Shown: one piece after another, positions 1-14,723 of the stretch
How the letters are laid out: each line of letters opens with the position of its first letter
Position numbering within the stretch: the first letter of the stretch is position 1
Assembly: GCF_013122565.1 (NCBI RefSeq)
Contig: NZ_CP053258.1
DNA: 64,000 nt
Direction: 5' to 3' (one strand)
Source: Escherichia coli
GTDB taxonomy: Bacteria; Pseudomonadota; Gammaproteobacteria; Enterobacterales; Enterobacteriaceae
Program-made: the position numbers and the translations under genes
The notes under the pieces: generated by a model
Seen by the model: only the letters and a program-made list of their open reading frames with translations
Told to the model about the DNA's origin: nothing
Databases searched by the model: none

Positions 1-1
1 C

Positions 2-997
2 GAAGAAACTGTTCAGGAGTGGGTGGACAAAATCCGCAAGCAGGTTGCCCCGTTCCTCGATTTCGACTGTGGAGAAAACTCTGCTATCGCGGCGAACAAC
101 TATGACTGGTTCGGCAATATGAATGTGCTGACCTTCCTGCGCGATATTGGCAAACATTTCTCCGTTAACCAGATGATCAACAAAGAAGCGGTTAAGCAGC
201 GTCTCAACCGTGAAGATCAGGGGATTTCGTTCACTGAGTTTTCCTACAACCTGTTGCAGGGTTATGACTTCGCCTGTCTGAACAAACAGTACGGTGTGGT
301 GCTGCAAATTGGTGGTTCTGACCAGTGGGGTAACATCACTTCTGGTATCGACCTGACCCGTCGTCTGCATCAGAATCAGGTGTTTGGCCTGACCGTTCCG
401 CTGATCACCAAAGCAGACGGCACCAAATTTGGTAAAACTGAAGGCGGCGCAGTCTGGTTGGATCCGAAGAAAACCAGCCCGTACAAATTCTACCAGTTCT
501 GGATCAACACTGCGGATGCCGACGTTTACCGCTTCCTGAAGTTCTTCACCTTTATGAGCATTGAAGAGATCAACGCCCTGGAAGAAGAAGATAAAAATAG
601 CGGTAAAGCACCGCGCGCCCAGTATGTACTGGCGGAGCAGGTGACTCGTCTGGTTCACGGTGAAGAAGGTTTGCAGGCGGCAAAACGTATTACCGAATGC
701 CTGTTCAGCGGTTCTTTGAGTGCGCTGAGTGAAGCGGACTTCGAACAGCTGGCGCAGGACGGCGTACCGATGGTTGAGATGGAAAAGGGCGCAGACCTGA
801 TGCAGGCGCTGGTTGATTCTGAACTGCAACCTTCCCGTGGTCAGGCGCGTAAAACTATCGCCTCCAATGCCATTACCATTAACGGTGAAAAACAATCCGA
901 TCCTGAATACTTCTTTAAAGAAGAAGATCGTCTGTTTGGTCGTTTTACCTTACTGCGTCGCGGCAAAAAGAATTACTGTCTGATTTGCTGGAAATAA
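2..997 (+). CDS. tyrS: Tyrosyl-tRNA synthetase, C-terminal ~331 aa (5' end lies upstream of the window)
   Basis: The frame is open from the window edge ([14 protein letters not shown]...) to the stop at 995-997. It has the class I aaRS KMSKS-type motif KFGKT and a C-terminal S4-like domain. It matches E. coli TyrS as I recall it and is followed by a strong terminator. Confidence 0.95.
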
Positions 998-1013
998 TGC
1001 ATTAAGTGGAAAG

Positions 1014-1045
1014 GGGGAGTGAGAAATCACTCCCCCTGGTTTTTA
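1014..1045 (+). terminator. Rho-independent terminator downstream of tyrS
   Basis: Perfect 10-bp stem gggggagtga/tcactccccc with a gaaa loop (1014-1037), followed by tgg+ttttt. Confidence 0.8.
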
Positions 1046-1055
1046 TACAGGGAAC

Positions 1056-1919
1056 ATGATGAAAAATATTCTCGCTATCCAGTCTCACGTTGTTTATGGT
1101 CATGCGGGTAACAGTGCGGCAGAGTTTCCGATGCGCCGCCTGGGCGCGAACGTCTGGCCGCTGAACACCGTTCAATTTTCTAATCACACCCAATACGGCA
1201 AATGGACTGGCTGCGTGATGCCGCCCAGCCATTTAACCGAAATTGTGCAAGGCATTGCCGCCATTGATAAATTACACACCTGTGATGCCGTATTAAGTGG
1301 CTATCTGGGTTCGGCGGAGCAGGGTGAACATATCCTCGGTATCGTCCGTCAGGTGAAAGCCGCGAATCCGCAGGCGAAATATTTTTGCGATCCGGTAATG
1401 GGTCATCCGGAAAAAGGCTGTATCGTTGCACCGGGTGTCGCAGAGTTTCATGTGCGGCACGGTTTGCCTGCCAGCGATATCATTGCGCCAAATCTGGTTG
1501 AGCTGGAAATACTCTGTGAGCATGCGGTAAATAACGTCGAAGAAGCGGTTCTGGCAGCGCGCGAACTCATTGCGCAAGGGCCACAAATTGTGTTGGTTAA
1601 ACACCTGGCGCGAGCTGGCTACAGCCGTGACCGTTTTGAAATGCTGCTGGTCACCGCCGATGAAGCCTGGCATATCAGCCGTCCGCTGGTGGATTTTGGT
1701 ATGCGCCAGCCGGTAGGTGTTGGTGATGTGACGAGCGGTTTACTGCTGGTGAAACTGCTTCAGGGGGCAACGCTGCAGGAGGCGCTGGAACATGTGACCG
1801 CTGCAGTCTACGAAATCATGGTGACCACCAAAGCAATGCAGGAATATGAGCTGCAAGTGGTGGCTGCTCAGGATCGTATTGCCAAACCAGAACATTACTT
1901 CAGCGCAACAAAGCTCTGA
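1056..1919 (+). CDS. pdxY: Pyridoxal kinase 2 (PfkB/ribokinase-like)
   Basis: 287-aa [25 protein letters not shown]..., recognisable as E. coli PdxY. Position between tyrS and gstA matches K-12. Confidence 0.93.
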   Translation: MMKNILAIQSHVVYGHAGNSAAEFPMRRLGANVWPLNTVQFSNHTQYGKWTGCVMPPSHLTEIVQGIAAIDKLHTCDAVLSGYLGSAEQGEHILGIVRQVKAANPQAKYFCDPVMGHPEKGCIVAPGVAEFHVRHGLPASDIIAPNLVELEILCEHAVNNVEEAVLAARELIAQGPQIVLVKHLARAGYSRDRFEMLLVTADEAWHISRPLVDFGMRQPVGVGDVTSGLLLVKLLQGATLQEALEHVTAAVYEIMVTTKAMQEYELQVVAAQDRIAKPEHYFSATKL

Positions 1920-1931
1920 AATATCTCATTT

Positions 1932-1955
1932 CGGCCCACAACGACCTGTGGGCCG
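1932..1955. terminator. Hairpin between the convergent genes pdxY and gstA
   Basis: Stem cggcccaca/tgtgggccg with a 6-nt loop, placed between two convergent stop codons. The U-tracts are weak on both strands. Confidence 0.5.
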
Positions 1956-1965
1956 ATGGCTATTA

Positions 1966-2571
1966 CTACTTTAAGCCTTCCGCTGACAGCACGTCTTGTA
2001 CTTCCGGACGTTCAGCCATACGTTGCATAAATGCTGCAATGTGCTCTAACCCTTCCAGATTCAGTTTCACCGCGTATGCCCAGCGCAGAACCGTAAACAG
2101 ATAGGCATCAGCAATTGTAAATCTTTGCCCACAGATCCAGTGCTCATCCTTCAGTGCCTCGTGAACATATTGCAGCTTCTTCTCCAGCTGCGCGCGAACT
2201 GTCGGTTTGTACTCTTCCGGTGTATCAGGGCGAAACAGAGGTGTGAAACCTTTATGCAGCTCGGTGGCGATGTAATTCAGCCATTCGATGGTTTTATAGC
2301 GGGAAATACTGTTTACCGGTGCCAGCAACTGGCGGTCGGGGACGCTGTCGGCAAGATACTGCATAATCGCTACGCCTTCCGTCAGCAAAGTACCGTCATC
2401 CAGCAGCAATGCAGGTACCTGTCCCTTAGGGTTAACGGCAAAGTAATCGTCACCGTTTTCGAGACGTTTTTTCATTAAATCCACACTGACGAGCGTAAAA
2501 TCCTTTCCGCTCTCACGCAGGGTGATATGGGAAGCGAGAGAGCAGGCGCCCGGTTTGTAGAACAATTTCAT
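1966..2571 (-). CDS. gstA: Glutathione S-transferase
   Basis: 201-aa [25 protein letters not shown]..., with a GST N- and C-domain layout. Matches E. coli GstA. Confidence 0.94.
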   Translation of the reverse strand: MKLFYKPGACSLASHITLRESGKDFTLVSVDLMKKRLENGDDYFAVNPKGQVPALLLDDGTLLTEGVAIMQYLADSVPDRQLLAPVNSISRYKTIEWLNYIATELHKGFTPLFRPDTPEEYKPTVRAQLEKKLQYVHEALKDEHWICGQRFTIADAYLFTVLRWAYAVKLNLEGLEHIAAFMQRMAERPEVQDVLSAEGLK

Positions 2572-2621
2572 CGGTAACTCCTTTTGTCTGTGGTTTAAAG
2601 TATGGTAGTGCGTTGCTGAAC

Positions 2622-2653
2622 AAAAAAAAAGCCGCTAACGAAAAGTTAGCGGC
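2622..2653 (-). terminator. Rho-independent terminator of dtpA
   Basis: On the minus strand the stem gccgctaac/gttagcggc is followed by a 9-nt U-run (the + strand A-run at 2622-2630). It lies 24 nt after the dtpA stop. Confidence 0.85.
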
Positions 2654-2676
2654 TTGTAAAAGAGTTTCCCTGAATT

Positions 2677-4179
2677 TTACGCTACGGCTGCTTTCGCCGC
2701 TTTGTCTGCAGCGTCATCCTGCGTCATGCGGTGCAGTTTCGGCGCGGTCAGCAGCATCAGTACTGCAATAACGGCAGTAGCGACACCAATCTGCAAGAAT
2801 ACGCGACCATAGACTTCCAGTGACATCAGCGGATCGGTAACGTTATCCGGCACAGCCATCATACCCGCAACATAACCACCAATCAGGTTTGCACCGGCAG
2901 TGGTCAGGAACCAGCTACCCATAATGAAGCCCATCAGACGCTGCGGAACGAGTTGTGCAACCATTGCCAGACCCAGACCAGAGATCATCAGTTCCCCGAT
3001 GCTCTGCAGGCCATAGCTTGCGACCAGCCAGCTTACAGACACGATACCAGCGTCAGACGCGAATTTCGCACCCAGCGGCAGAATCAGGAACGCACCAGAA
3101 CACATCACCATGCCGATTGCAAACTTGGTTGGCATCGGCAGGGTATCGCCCATCTTGTTATAGATAGCGGCCAGAATCGGACTACCGATGATGATCCAGA
3201 ACGGGTTCAGTGCCTGATACTGCTCAGGTTCTACGGCCAGACCCAGAATGGTGTGTTCAACGTTACGAATCGCAAAGAAGTTCAGTGACGTTGGCATCTG
3301 GCTGTACAGCACGAAGAAGATAATGGCTTCGAGCATCAGGATGAAGGCAACGATCATTTTACGACGCGCAGCACCTTTCATCGCGAAGGCTTCTTTACCG
3401 AAGATCACCACGATACCGAAGGCAACAACGCCCAGCGCCATACGCGCAACTTCCTGATTGTGCAGCAGCCAGGTGGCGATAGCGATCAGTGCCACAACAC
3501 CAATAATGGTCAGCAGCAGGTTACGGTAGTTGATAGGCTCGAAGTCTGGTTTTGAACCGTACTGTTTAACCCAGCGTTGGCAGAAGGCGAAGTTAACGAT
3601 AGTGATCAGCAGGCCTACAACGCTCAACGCAAACGCAACGCTCCAGCCGTATTTCGCAGCCAGCCACGGGGTGGCGATCATAGAGAAGAAAGAGCCGATG
3701 TTGACGGACATGTAGTACATGGTGAATGCACCGTCCAGACGTGGGTCGTTTTTCTCATAGCATGTAGAAAGCAGAGAAGACGGGTTAGCTTTAAACAGGC
3801 CGTTACCGACCGCAATAGCCGCCATACCCATATAAACAATACCGGCGTCGTGACCAGACCAGGCAACCAGAGCATAACCAATCGCCAGCACAATAGCGCC
3901 GAGCATAATTACGCGTTTAGTACCCAGTACCTTGTCACCTAACCAGCCGCCGATAGCGACCAGACCATAAACCAGGGCACTAAAGGAAGAGAAAAGGGTG
4001 ATTGAATCCGCTTCAGACATACCCAGTTGTTTAACCAGGTAAACAGCCATAATTCCTTGTAGGCCGTAATAACCAAAACGTTCCCATAACTCAATCGAGA
4101 AGATGAGATAGAACGCCTTCGGTTGTTTGAAAGCGTTCAAACTGACGCTTTCAGTTGGTTTTTGGTTTGCAGTGGACAC
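2677..4179 (-). CDS. dtpA: Proton-dependent di/tripeptide permease (POT/PTR2 family)
   Basis: 500-aa ORF with a GTG start (cac at 4177-4179). It carries the POT signature [10 protein letters not shown] and is multi-TM. Matches E. coli DtpA (TppB/YdgR). Confidence 0.94.
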
Positions 4180-4789
4180 TTTTACCTCTTTTTTTACATC
4201 CCATATTAACGGGGGTGCTTTCTCGCGTTATGTCTAAAAAACATACGCGCAATTGTTATAGTGGGAGGGGAAACGGCAGGTAATGTTCACTATCTTGCAC
4301 TTTCAGACAAGTCCTTTGTAATAATCTGTTACATATAACTGGGGCGGGGAATTCAACCATTCCGGGAAATGTTATGCAGCGTTAAATTTTTCAAAAAACG
4401 TAACGGCAGATTTTTTCACTGCATTGAGAGGGGGATGATGGCTTAACGGCGATATGTTCTGCTATTTAGCGTTTTTCCTAGTGAGATAGTCCAGTTTCTG
4501 AAAAATAGCCAGTGTAATGTTTTGTAGGTCAATATTTGTTGCGTGTGTAAATTTAAATGATTTTAACCTGATTCTTGCAATGTTTTTACATTGCCACAGC
4601 ATCGTGATCTTGATCACGAATGAATAGAAAATTTCGCTATTAAAAAAACAATTAACCTGCATTTTTGGTTATCCGCAAACGGATTACCTGATGATAACGC
4701 TAAGCAATGGCATCATTGACGTTAAAAAGATGTTTTAAAAGAGGATAAAGAAAGGTTATGAATGGGGTAATCGGTGTTACCCCTTATCA

Positions 4790-5425
4790 TTAGATGTCAA
4801 CTTTCTCTTTGTATTCACAAAGATCTTCAATAATACAAGAGCCACAGCGAGGCTTGCGGGCAATGCAGGTATAACGCCCGTGCAGGATCAACCAATGGTG
4901 GCAGTCGACTTTAAACTCTGCCGGAACCACTTTCAGTAGCTTTTCTTCTACCTGTTCGACGTTTTTCCCCGGCGCAAATTGAGTACGATTACAAACGCGG
5001 AAAATGTGCGTGTCGACAGCAATAGTCGGCCAGCCGAATGCAGTGTTTAATACGACGTTGGCTGTTTTACGACCTACGCCGGGCAGGGCTTCAAGCGCAG
5101 CACGATCTTCCGGAACCTCGCCATTATGCTGCTCCAGTAAGATACGGCAGGTTTTGATGATATTTTCTGCTTTGCTGTTATAAAGCCCAATCGTTTTGAT
5201 ATAGGTTTTCACCCCTTCAACGCCCAGTTCAAGCATCGCTGCAGGCGTATTCGCCACCGGGTAGAGTTTCGCCGTCGCCTTATTAACACTGACATCGGTC
5301 GCCTGAGCGGAAAGCAGTACGGCAATCAACAATTCAAAAGGCGAACTGAAATTAAGCTCGGTGGTGGGATGAGGATTGTTCTCACGCAGGCGAGTGAGGA
5401 TCTCCAGGCGTTTTGCTTTGTTCAT
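4790..5425 (-). CDS. nth: Endonuclease III (DNA glycosylase / AP lyase)
   Basis: 211 aa with an HhH-GPD region and a C-terminal 4Fe-4S Cys cluster (CIARKPRCGSCIIEDLC). The start overlaps the rsxE stop by 1 nt. Confidence 0.95.
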   Translation of the reverse strand: MNKAKRLEILTRLRENNPHPTTELNFSSPFELLIAVLLSAQATDVSVNKATAKLYPVANTPAAMLELGVEGVKTYIKTIGLYNSKAENIIKTCRILLEQHNGEVPEDRAALEALPGVGRKTANVVLNTAFGWPTIAVDTHIFRVCNRTQFAPGKNVEQVEEKLLKVVPAEFKVDCHHWLILHGRYTCIARKPRCGSCIIEDLCEYKEKVDI

Positions 5426-6120
5426 CAGACATTCCCTGTTTCACCGTTTGGCAATGCACGTTCGGCAGCTGCTTCAGTACGGCGCTTTTTCATTCTTTCA
5501 TCAATCAGGTATTTTCCTGCCAGCATCAGTCCCAGGCCAATAAATGCACCTGGTGGCAGCATCGCCAACAGGAAAGGGGAGTCGGTGTGGAAAATCTCCA
5601 CGCGTAATACTTTTGCCCAGCTACCTAACAGCGCATCAGCACCGTCAAACAATGTGCCATTGCCGATAATTTCGCGTAGTGAACCCAGCACGAACATGGC
5701 GCAGGTTGCGCCCATACCAATTGAAAAGCCGTCCAGTGCCGAAAGCGCCGGACCTTTTTTGGCGGCGAAGGCTTCAGCGCGGCCCACAACGATACAGTTA
5801 GTGACAATAAGCGGAATAAAAATCCCTAATGATTGATACAGGCCAAAGGCGTAGGCGTTGATCAGCATCTGTACAGCGCTGACCACCGAGGCGATGATCA
5901 TCACGTAAATGGGAATGCGGATCTCGGCTGGCGTCCAGTGACGCAGCGTCGAAATGGTCAGGTTGGTCAGCGTCAGTACCAGCGTAGTCGCAAGTCCTAA
6001 ACCCAGAGCGTTAGTGGCAGTGGACGTGACCGCCAACAGAGGACAAAGGCCGAGCAACTGGACCAGCGCAGAGTTGTTTTTCCACAACCCCTGAACAATA
6101 ACGTCTTTAATTTCGCTCAC
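5425..6120 (-). CDS. rsxE: Rnf-type ion-translocating oxidoreductase / SoxR-reducing complex subunit E
   Basis: 231-aa polytopic membrane protein of the RnfE/NqrD family. It is the last subunit gene of the rsx cluster. Confidence 0.93.
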
Positions 6121-6123
6121 GCT

Positions 6124-6744
6124 TTATTCTCCACAGGCAGGAAGTTGAGAAAGTTGTGCCGGTAACGTCTGAGCGTACAATCCGGCGCGTTTTACCGCAT
6201 TAACCACCGCGCGGGGAGTAATCGTCGCGCCGGTGAACTGGTCGAAATCACCACCATCTTTCTTCACCGCCCAGTGCGCATCATCCGCACCACTGATTTT
6301 TTTACCCGCAAAATGGGTGATCCAGTCAGAAAGGCGCAGTTCGATTTTATCGCCAAGCCCTGGCGTTTCGTGGTGCTCTGTCACGCGCGTGCCAAGTACC
6401 GTGCCGTTAAAATCGGCTCCCACCAGCAGCTGAATCGCACCGGAATAGCCATCTGGCGCGGTTGCTTCCAGAACGGCGGCTACCGGTTTGTCATTCTGTT
6501 TGGCGATGTAAACCCGATGCTCACCTTTACCTAACTCTGGCGCAGTTACCAGATAGCAACTCTGTGCCAGCGCATTGTTATAGCGTTCGGCTGGCAGCAC
6601 CTGATCAAATAACGCCTTTTGTTGCAGACTGGCCTGTTCAGCAATCGTCGTTTTGGTCATCTGGTTGATGGCCGCAGTTAACCCTGTTGAACCCGCTGCA
6701 AATAGCGCCAACGTAATGCCGTGTTTTCGGATAGTTTTCAGCAT
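6124..6744 (-). CDS. rsxG: Rnf-type complex subunit G (FMN-binding domain)
   Basis: 206 aa with an N-terminal TM/signal anchor and an FMN_bind-like C-terminus ([11 protein letters not shown]). Operon position supports the call. Confidence 0.93.
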   Translation of the reverse strand: MLKTIRKHGITLALFAAGSTGLTAAINQMTKTTIAEQASLQQKALFDQVLPAERYNNALAQSCYLVTAPELGKGEHRVYIAKQNDKPVAAVLEATAPDGYSGAIQLLVGADFNGTVLGTRVTEHHETPGLGDKIELRLSDWITHFAGKKISGADDAHWAVKKDGGDFDQFTGATITPRAVVNAVKRAGLYAQTLPAQLSQLPACGE

Positions 6745-6747
6745 GGT

Positions 6748-7806
6748 TTACCCTTTGCGATGGCCGTAGACGCGCGGACGCGTGTAGTAATCGATCAGAG
6801 GAACCGTGATGTTCGCCAGCAGGACGGCAAAAGCCACGCCGTCAGGATAGCCGCCGAAACTGCGGATCAACCAGACCAATAAGCCCGCCAGCGCGCCGAA
6901 AATAAGACGACCACGATTGGTCGTAGAAGCGGTAACCGGGTCAGTCAAAATAAAGAATGCGCCGAGCATGGTCGCTCCAGACAGCAGATGAATTTGCGGT
7001 GCTGCCAGTGTTTCTGGTGAGAACAACCAGCCCAACGTTGCGCATAACGCCAGCGTTACTAAGAAGCTGAGGGGAATATGCCAGCGAATCGCTTTCTGCC
7101 ATAGCAACCACACCCCGCCAGCCAGCCAGGCGAGATTTACCCATTGCCAACCAGCGCCCGCCAGCATACCGCTGTAGATCGGATATTGCATAATCTGTTC
7201 AACCGAATGACCGGCACGGACAGAGGTTTTAAATGTATCCAGCGGTGTCGCCTGACTAATGCCATCAATACCTAAGCGTAGTGTGTTCATATCACCACCA
7301 CTGGCGGTATGCCCGCTGAAAATAACCTGTATGGCGTCGATAAAACCAGGGATGTTGACCGCAATTTCATGTGGCGGTAACCAGCTGGTCATCTGCACCG
7401 GGAAGGAGATCAGTAAGACCACATAACCAACCATTGCCGGATTAAATGGGTTTTGCCCCAGACCGCCATACAACTGTTTAGCGATGATCACCGCAAACAC
7501 CGTACCCAGCACGACCATCCACCATGGCGCGAGGGGGGGAATACTTACCGCCAGCAATAAGCCTGTCAGCAATGCTGAGTTATCTTTCAACGTTGCGGCT
7601 ACCGACTGCTTGCGTAGTTTGAGTACGAGAGCTTCGGCTAACAGAGCACTAACCGATGCCAACAGGATCTGAACGAGAGTACCCCAACCAAAAAACCACA
7701 GTTGCGCTGCGATTCCTGGCACGGCTGCGAGCAACACCAACAGCATAATGCGCGATGTCTGGCGCTGGTTATGGGTATAAGGGGAGCTAGCTATTCTGAA
7801 TACCAT
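6748..7806 (-). CDS. rsxD: Rnf-type complex subunit D (NqrB/RnfD family)
   Basis: 352-aa polytopic membrane protein. Its ATG directly abuts the rsxC stop (TAAATG). Confidence 0.93.
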   Translation of the reverse strand: MVFRIASSPYTHNQRQTSRIMLLVLLAAVPGIAAQLWFFGWGTLVQILLASVSALLAEALVLKLRKQSVAATLKDNSALLTGLLLAVSIPPLAPWWMVVLGTVFAVIIAKQLYGGLGQNPFNPAMVGYVVLLISFPVQMTSWLPPHEIAVNIPGFIDAIQVIFSGHTASGGDMNTLRLGIDGISQATPLDTFKTSVRAGHSVEQIMQYPIYSGMLAGAGWQWVNLAWLAGGVWLLWQKAIRWHIPLSFLVTLALCATLGWLFSPETLAAPQIHLLSGATMLGAFFILTDPVTASTTNRGRLIFGALAGLLVWLIRSFGGYPDGVAFAVLLANITVPLIDYYTRPRVYGHRKG

Positions 7807-10503
<2,697 letters not shown>

Positions 10504-10504
<1 letters not shown>

Positions 10505-11085
10505 TACAACTTCACCAAACCACTAAAGCCCATAAAGGCCAGAGACATAAGACCTGCGGTAATTAACGCAATGGCATTACCGCGAAAAGGTGCCGGGACA
10601 TCAGCCACAGCAAGGCGTTCGCGGATGGCGGCGAAGAGAACCATCACCAGCGAGAAACCGACAGCGGCGGAAAAACCGTACAGCGCCGACTGCAAGAAAT
10701 TGTGCCCGAGATTGATATTCAGCAACGCCACGCCGAGCACGGCACAGTTGGTGGTGATAAGCGGCAAAAAAATCCCCAGCAGACGGTAAAGCACCGGGCT
10801 GGTTTTGCGCACCACCATTTCGGTGAACTGCACAACCACAGCAATCACCAGAATAAACGCCAGGGTGCGCAGGTAAATCAGATTAAGTGGGATCAAAATC
10901 CACGTATCAATAAGCCAGGCGCAAATAGACGCCAGCGTCATCACAAACGTTGTTGCCAGCCCCATGCCCATCGCGGTTTCCAGCTTTTTGGAAACCCCCA
11001 TAAACGGACAGAGACCGAGAAACTTGACCAGTACAAAGTTATTGACCAGTACAGTTCCGACAAACAGTAACAGGTAGTCAGTCAT
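10504..11085 (-). CDS. rsxA: Rnf-type complex subunit A (NqrE/RnfA family)
   Basis: 193-aa polytopic membrane protein. It is the first gene of the cluster. Confidence 0.94.
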
Positions 11086-11161
11086 TTTTCGGCCTGAAAT
11101 AAAAAAGCCGCCTATTATCCGTTAATCCAGAGCAGGCGACAACAGGTTAACTGTAAGGTTA

Positions 11162-11602
11162 TTACGGATTCACAAACGTCGCTTTTACCCGCGACGAGCG
11201 TTTGAAATAGGGGACGATCAATGCGGTTGCCAACAAAGTAAACAGCAACTGGCGAACGGCTATGCCATCTTCCACGGGTGAAAAAGCGAACGCTTTTACT
11301 GCCAGTAAGACGGAAATAAGCAGCCAGATAATATAGTGTTTAGGAACACAACGCCGACGTTTAAAGAAAGCGATGGTCAACCACAGTGTGTAATACCACA
11401 TGGCGATAGCGGTAATAAAAGAAACGCCCCATAAGATTTGTGTTGTCAGTGCTTGTCCGCCGAGCGTTTGAAATGTTTGCGGAGAAGATAACGCAGCGGT
11501 ATACAGCAACAACGCCAGCGTCGTACTTAACAGAGCGACTAAAAGCCAGGCCAACGGGCCAAGCAACCAGCCTCCAATACGTTGTGGCGTTGTGGTGGTC
11601 AT
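11162..11602 (-). CDS. ydgK: Inner membrane protein (DUF2569 family)
   Basis: 146 aa counted from the ATG at 11602, which is preceded by GGAGAA. The longer 154-aa ORF start lacks an RBS. The protein has four hydrophobic helices and matches K-12 YdgK. Confidence 0.85.
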   Translation of the reverse strand: MTTTTPQRIGGWLLGPLAWLLVALLSTTLALLLYTAALSSPQTFQTLGGQALTTQILWGVSFITAIAMWYYTLWLTIAFFKRRRCVPKHYIIWLLISVLLAVKAFAFSPVEDGIAVRQLLFTLLATALIVPYFKRSSRVKATFVNP

Positions 11603-11687
11603 AGGTTCTCCAGAATAGCGACGCAAACAGGCAAATCTAATTTTAGGGGCGTTATTATAAGGCTTTTATAACCGATCGCTACTTTCT

Positions 11688-11903
11688 TTATTGGACATAG
11701 TGCCAGACGGACTTCGGTACCTGGCCGAGGTCAAACAAACGCCCGCCAGAAACCAGCTCTGCGCGACGGTGATCGGCAGCACGATACATATTGATCAGTT
11801 CCTGATCGTCCGTCAGGGTGTAATTAAGATGGTCGTAGAGTTTTTCCAGACTTTCGAGTGAACTGATTTTGCGAAATTTTAATAAGTAGTCCTGAACAGT
11901 CAT
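11688..11903 (-). CDS. cnu: Hha/YmoA-family H-NS-binding modulator (oriC-binding nucleoid-associated protein)
   Basis: 71 aa, [26 protein letters not shown]... Matches E. coli Cnu (YdgT). Confidence 0.92.
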
Positions 11904-12174
11904 AAAAGGTCCATAAAATAATTAATACCAAAGGGGTAGGTATTATTAGTGATGATAAAATTTCACCAAAGTGAACGCTTGTTTTATTACAAAAATAAGA
12001 ATGCGCTGATGGCAAATATTCAGGGATGAAAAACTGCTCTGAAAAGAGTAACGCGCTTTACTATCCCTGACAATCACCAAAAACATCGAACAAGATAATA
12101 AATTCCTGGTTTAATATCCGACAAATGAAAACATGCACCCGGACGAGCAGCATGTCGCTCTACAAGCGCAGAGC

Positions 12175-12300
12175 TTACTTGTGTTGTACCGTAGTACTCT
12201 GTTCAGGTGGCTGATAGTTGTCAATGTGACTCGCCACGCCAAGAAGAATGACTGAAACGACAAGAACGATCCAACCTGTTAATTCAATAAGACGATTCAT
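12175..12300 (-). CDS. blr: 41-aa small membrane protein (beta-lactam resistance / divisome-associated)
   Basis: My hand translation of the minus strand gives MNRLIELTGWIVLVVSVILLGVASHIDNYQPPEQSTTVQHK*. It is below the ORF-track cutoff. Position between cnu and ydgJ matches K-12, and it has one TM helix. Confidence 0.8.
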   Translation of the reverse strand: MNRLIELTGWIVLVVSVILLGVASHIDNYQPPEQSTTVQHK

Positions 12301-12542
12301 TACAACTCACATCTCTGTTGATTGATCCATTAACTTCAGGGGGTAAATGTTACTTAGCAATAATAGCTCCAGCAAGATTTTTACTGAGGTTTTTGCGATA
12401 TTTAGCTTTTGTCGTTGGAAAAATCGCTATTTTTTTGACTTAAGTTAAACAACATCCCTTATTGCTGGCAGGTTATTAAACTGTTGAGCGAGGGTAAAGG
12501 ATAGTGTCAAATAGCCATCATACTTCAATGAGAGGCAATGAC

Positions 12543-13583
12543 ATGAGCGACAACATCCGTGTTGGGTTGATTGGGTATGGTTATGCGAGCAAAACCTTCC
12601 ATGCGCCCCTGATTGCGGGCACGCCCGGGCTGGAACTGGCGGTAATCTCCAGCAGCGATGAAACAAAAGTAAAAGCCGACTGGCCAACGGTTACGGTTGT
12701 CTCTGAGCCCAAGCATCTGTTTAACGATCCCAACATAGACCTGATTGTCATTCCTACACCCAACGATACCCATTTCCCGTTAGCCAAAGCAGCGCTTGAG
12801 GCGGGTAAACATGTGGTCGTTGATAAACCCTTTACCGTGACACTGTCACAAGCGCGAGAGCTGGATGCACTGGCAAAAAGCCTGGGGCGTGTGCTGTCTG
12901 TATTCCATAACCGTCGTTGGGATAGCGATTTCTTGACGCTAAAAGGTTTGCTCGCGGAAGGCGTGCTGGGTGAAGTTGCTTACTTTGAGTCTCATTTTGA
13001 CCGCTTCCGTCCGCAGGTGCGCGATCGTTGGCGTGAACAGGGCGGCCCAGGCAGCGGTATCTGGTACGATTTAGCACCACATCTTCTTGATCAGGCCATT
13101 ACGCTATTTGGTTTACCGGTCAGCATGACGGTAGATTTGGCACAGTTACGGCCCGGAGCGCAGTCGACCGATTATTTCCACGCCATCTTGTCCTATCCAC
13201 AGCGGCGAGTCATTTTACACGGTACCATGCTGGCAGCCGCTGAGTCAGCACGGTATATCGTGCATGGATCCCGAGGCAGTTATGTGAAATATGGCCTCGA
13301 TCCACAGGAAGAACGTCTGAAAAGTGGCGAGCGTCTGCCGCAGGAAGACTGGGGCTACGATATGCGTGATGGCGTACTTACCCGCGTGGTAGGTGAGGAA
13401 CGTGTCGAAGAAACGCTGTTGACGGTGCCTGGGAATTATCCGGCTTACTATGCGGCGATTCGTGATGCGTTAAATGGCGATGGTGAAAATCCGGTTCCGG
13501 CAAGCCAGGCAATCCAGGTAATGGAGTTGATTGAGCTGGGCATCGAATCCGCCAAACATCGCGCGACTTTGTGCCTTGCATGA
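12543..13583 (+). CDS. ydgJ: Gfo/Idh/MocA-family NAD(P)-dependent oxidoreductase
   Basis: 346 aa counted from the internal ATG (MSDNIRVGLIGYGYASK, Rossmann N-terminus). The 359-aa ORF start is probably an upstream extension. Confidence 0.88.
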   Translation: MSDNIRVGLIGYGYASKTFHAPLIAGTPGLELAVISSSDETKVKADWPTVTVVSEPKHLFNDPNIDLIVIPTPNDTHFPLAKAALEAGKHVVVDKPFTVTLSQARELDALAKSLGRVLSVFHNRRWDSDFLTLKGLLAEGVLGEVAYFESHFDRFRPQVRDRWREQGGPGSGIWYDLAPHLLDQAITLFGLPVSMTVDLAQLRPGAQSTDYFHAILSYPQRRVILHGTMLAAAESARYIVHGSRGSYVKYGLDPQEERLKSGERLPQEDWGYDMRDGVLTRVVGEERVEETLLTVPGNYPAYYAAIRDALNGDGENPVPASQAIQVMELIELGIESAKHRATLCLA

Positions 13584-13616
13584 AAAATGGATGGTGCAAT
13601 TTGCACCATCCATTTT
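13582..13616. terminator. Bidirectional terminator between ydgJ and add
   Basis: Long perfect palindrome aaaaatggatggtgca...tgcaccatccattttt, flanked by A/T runs on both sides and placed between convergent stops. Confidence 0.85.
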
Positions 13617-13618
13617 TG

Positions 13619-14620
13619 TTACTTCGCTGCGGCTTTTTCTCGCAGTGCGCGTTTTTCCTCAGCGCTGAGGAAAGCCATTTCCAGACCATTAATCTGTGCC
13701 TGGCGGATTTGCTCGCGGGATAACCCAGCAGCTGGCGCGGCAACGTTATATTCGTGAATGATATCCACTCCCTGTACGCCGGGATCGTCAGTGTTAATGC
13801 TGGCACGAATGCCATGCTCAAGGAACGTTTTCAGCGGATGGGCAGCCAGCTCTGCCACGGTGCTGGTCTGAATATTGGAGGTCAGACAGGATTCAATACC
13901 AATTTGTTGCTCGGCGAGAAAATCCATCAGCGCCCGATCTTCAATGGCTTTTACGCCATGTCCAATACGCTCCGCCCCCAGTTCACGAATCGCCTGCCAG
14001 ATGCTTTCCGGCCCGGCAGCTTCGCCTGCATGGACGGTAATATGCCAGCCCGCATCACGCGCGCGGTTGAAGTGAGAAAGGAACAGACTTCCAGGGAAAC
14101 CAAGTTCATCACCGGCTAAATCAAGTGCGGTAATCTGGTCACGGTGGGCTAAAAAGGCCTCTAGCTCTTGCTGACAGGCGGCTTCGCCGAAGGTCCGGCT
14201 CATAATGCCGATAAGCTTCGCCTGCACACCAAAGGTGCGGCAACCTTCACGTACGCCATCGATCACCGCTTCGACAACACCTGCAACAGGCAGCTGATGT
14301 GCCATTGCCATGTAGCCTGGTGAAAAACGCAGCTCGACATAGTGCAGGCCGTGACGGGCTGCATCTTCAATGTTTTCAAATGCCACGCGGCGACAAGCAT
14401 CAAGAGAGGCGAGAACTTTAACGCCCCAGTCAAGTTTGGTCAGAAAGCTCACCAGATCGGGTTCGTTGGCAATGACCTGAACGTGGGGAATCAGTGTTTC
14501 CAGGGATTGTGCAGGAAGCGAGATATTATACTGGCGGCCAAGTTCAAGAATGGTCTGGGGACGAATGTTGCCATCAAGGTGGCGATGGATATCAGTTAAT
14601 GGCAGGGTGGTATCAATCAT
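13619..14620 (-). CDS. add: Adenosine deaminase
   Basis: 333 aa with the metal-binding HxH (DIHRHLDGN) and SINTDDPGV motifs. Matches E. coli Add. Confidence 0.95.
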   Translation of the reverse strand: MIDTTLPLTDIHRHLDGNIRPQTILELGRQYNISLPAQSLETLIPHVQVIANEPDLVSFLTKLDWGVKVLASLDACRRVAFENIEDAARHGLHYVELRFSPGYMAMAHQLPVAGVVEAVIDGVREGCRTFGVQAKLIGIMSRTFGEAACQQELEAFLAHRDQITALDLAGDELGFPGSLFLSHFNRARDAGWHITVHAGEAAGPESIWQAIRELGAERIGHGVKAIEDRALMDFLAEQQIGIESCLTSNIQTSTVAELAAHPLKTFLEHGIRASINTDDPGVQGVDIIHEYNVAAPAAGLSREQIRQAQINGLEMAFLSAEEKRALREKAAAK

Positions 14621-14689
14621 GGTCGCACTCTTTTTCTGGATATAAAAGTGCGCACCATTATAAAAACAAAGCAGGGTAAAAATCCACGA

Positions 14690-14717
14690 TTGCGCAACGA
14701 TTTTTTACGTTGCGCAA
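14690..14717 (-). terminator. Hairpin downstream of malY
   Basis: 10-bp stem ttgcgcaacg/cgttgcgcaa with an 8-nt AT loop, 7 nt after the malY stop. The U-tract is only moderate. Confidence 0.45.
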
Positions 14718-14723
14718 TTGGGG

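Noticed and set aside
4462-4662. A 66-aa minus-strand ORF in the AT-rich dtpA-nth intergenic region.
   Set aside because: It has an Ile/Phe/Asn/Lys-rich AT-driven composition and no RBS. It lies in the known long dtpA regulatory region and is most likely non-coding promoter DNA.
4741-4789. A short ORF, MNGVIGVTPYH*, with an upstream AAAGAAAGG, and the ggggtaa...ttacccc hairpin just downstream of nth.
   Set aside because: Eleven codons with no supporting evidence. The hairpin lacks a U-tract on the nth strand, so this is too weak to report.
5369-5836. A 155-aa + strand ORF antisense to rsxE/nth.
   Set aside because: It is a shadow ORF on the strand opposite a well-supported membrane protein gene. 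It has no independent signals.
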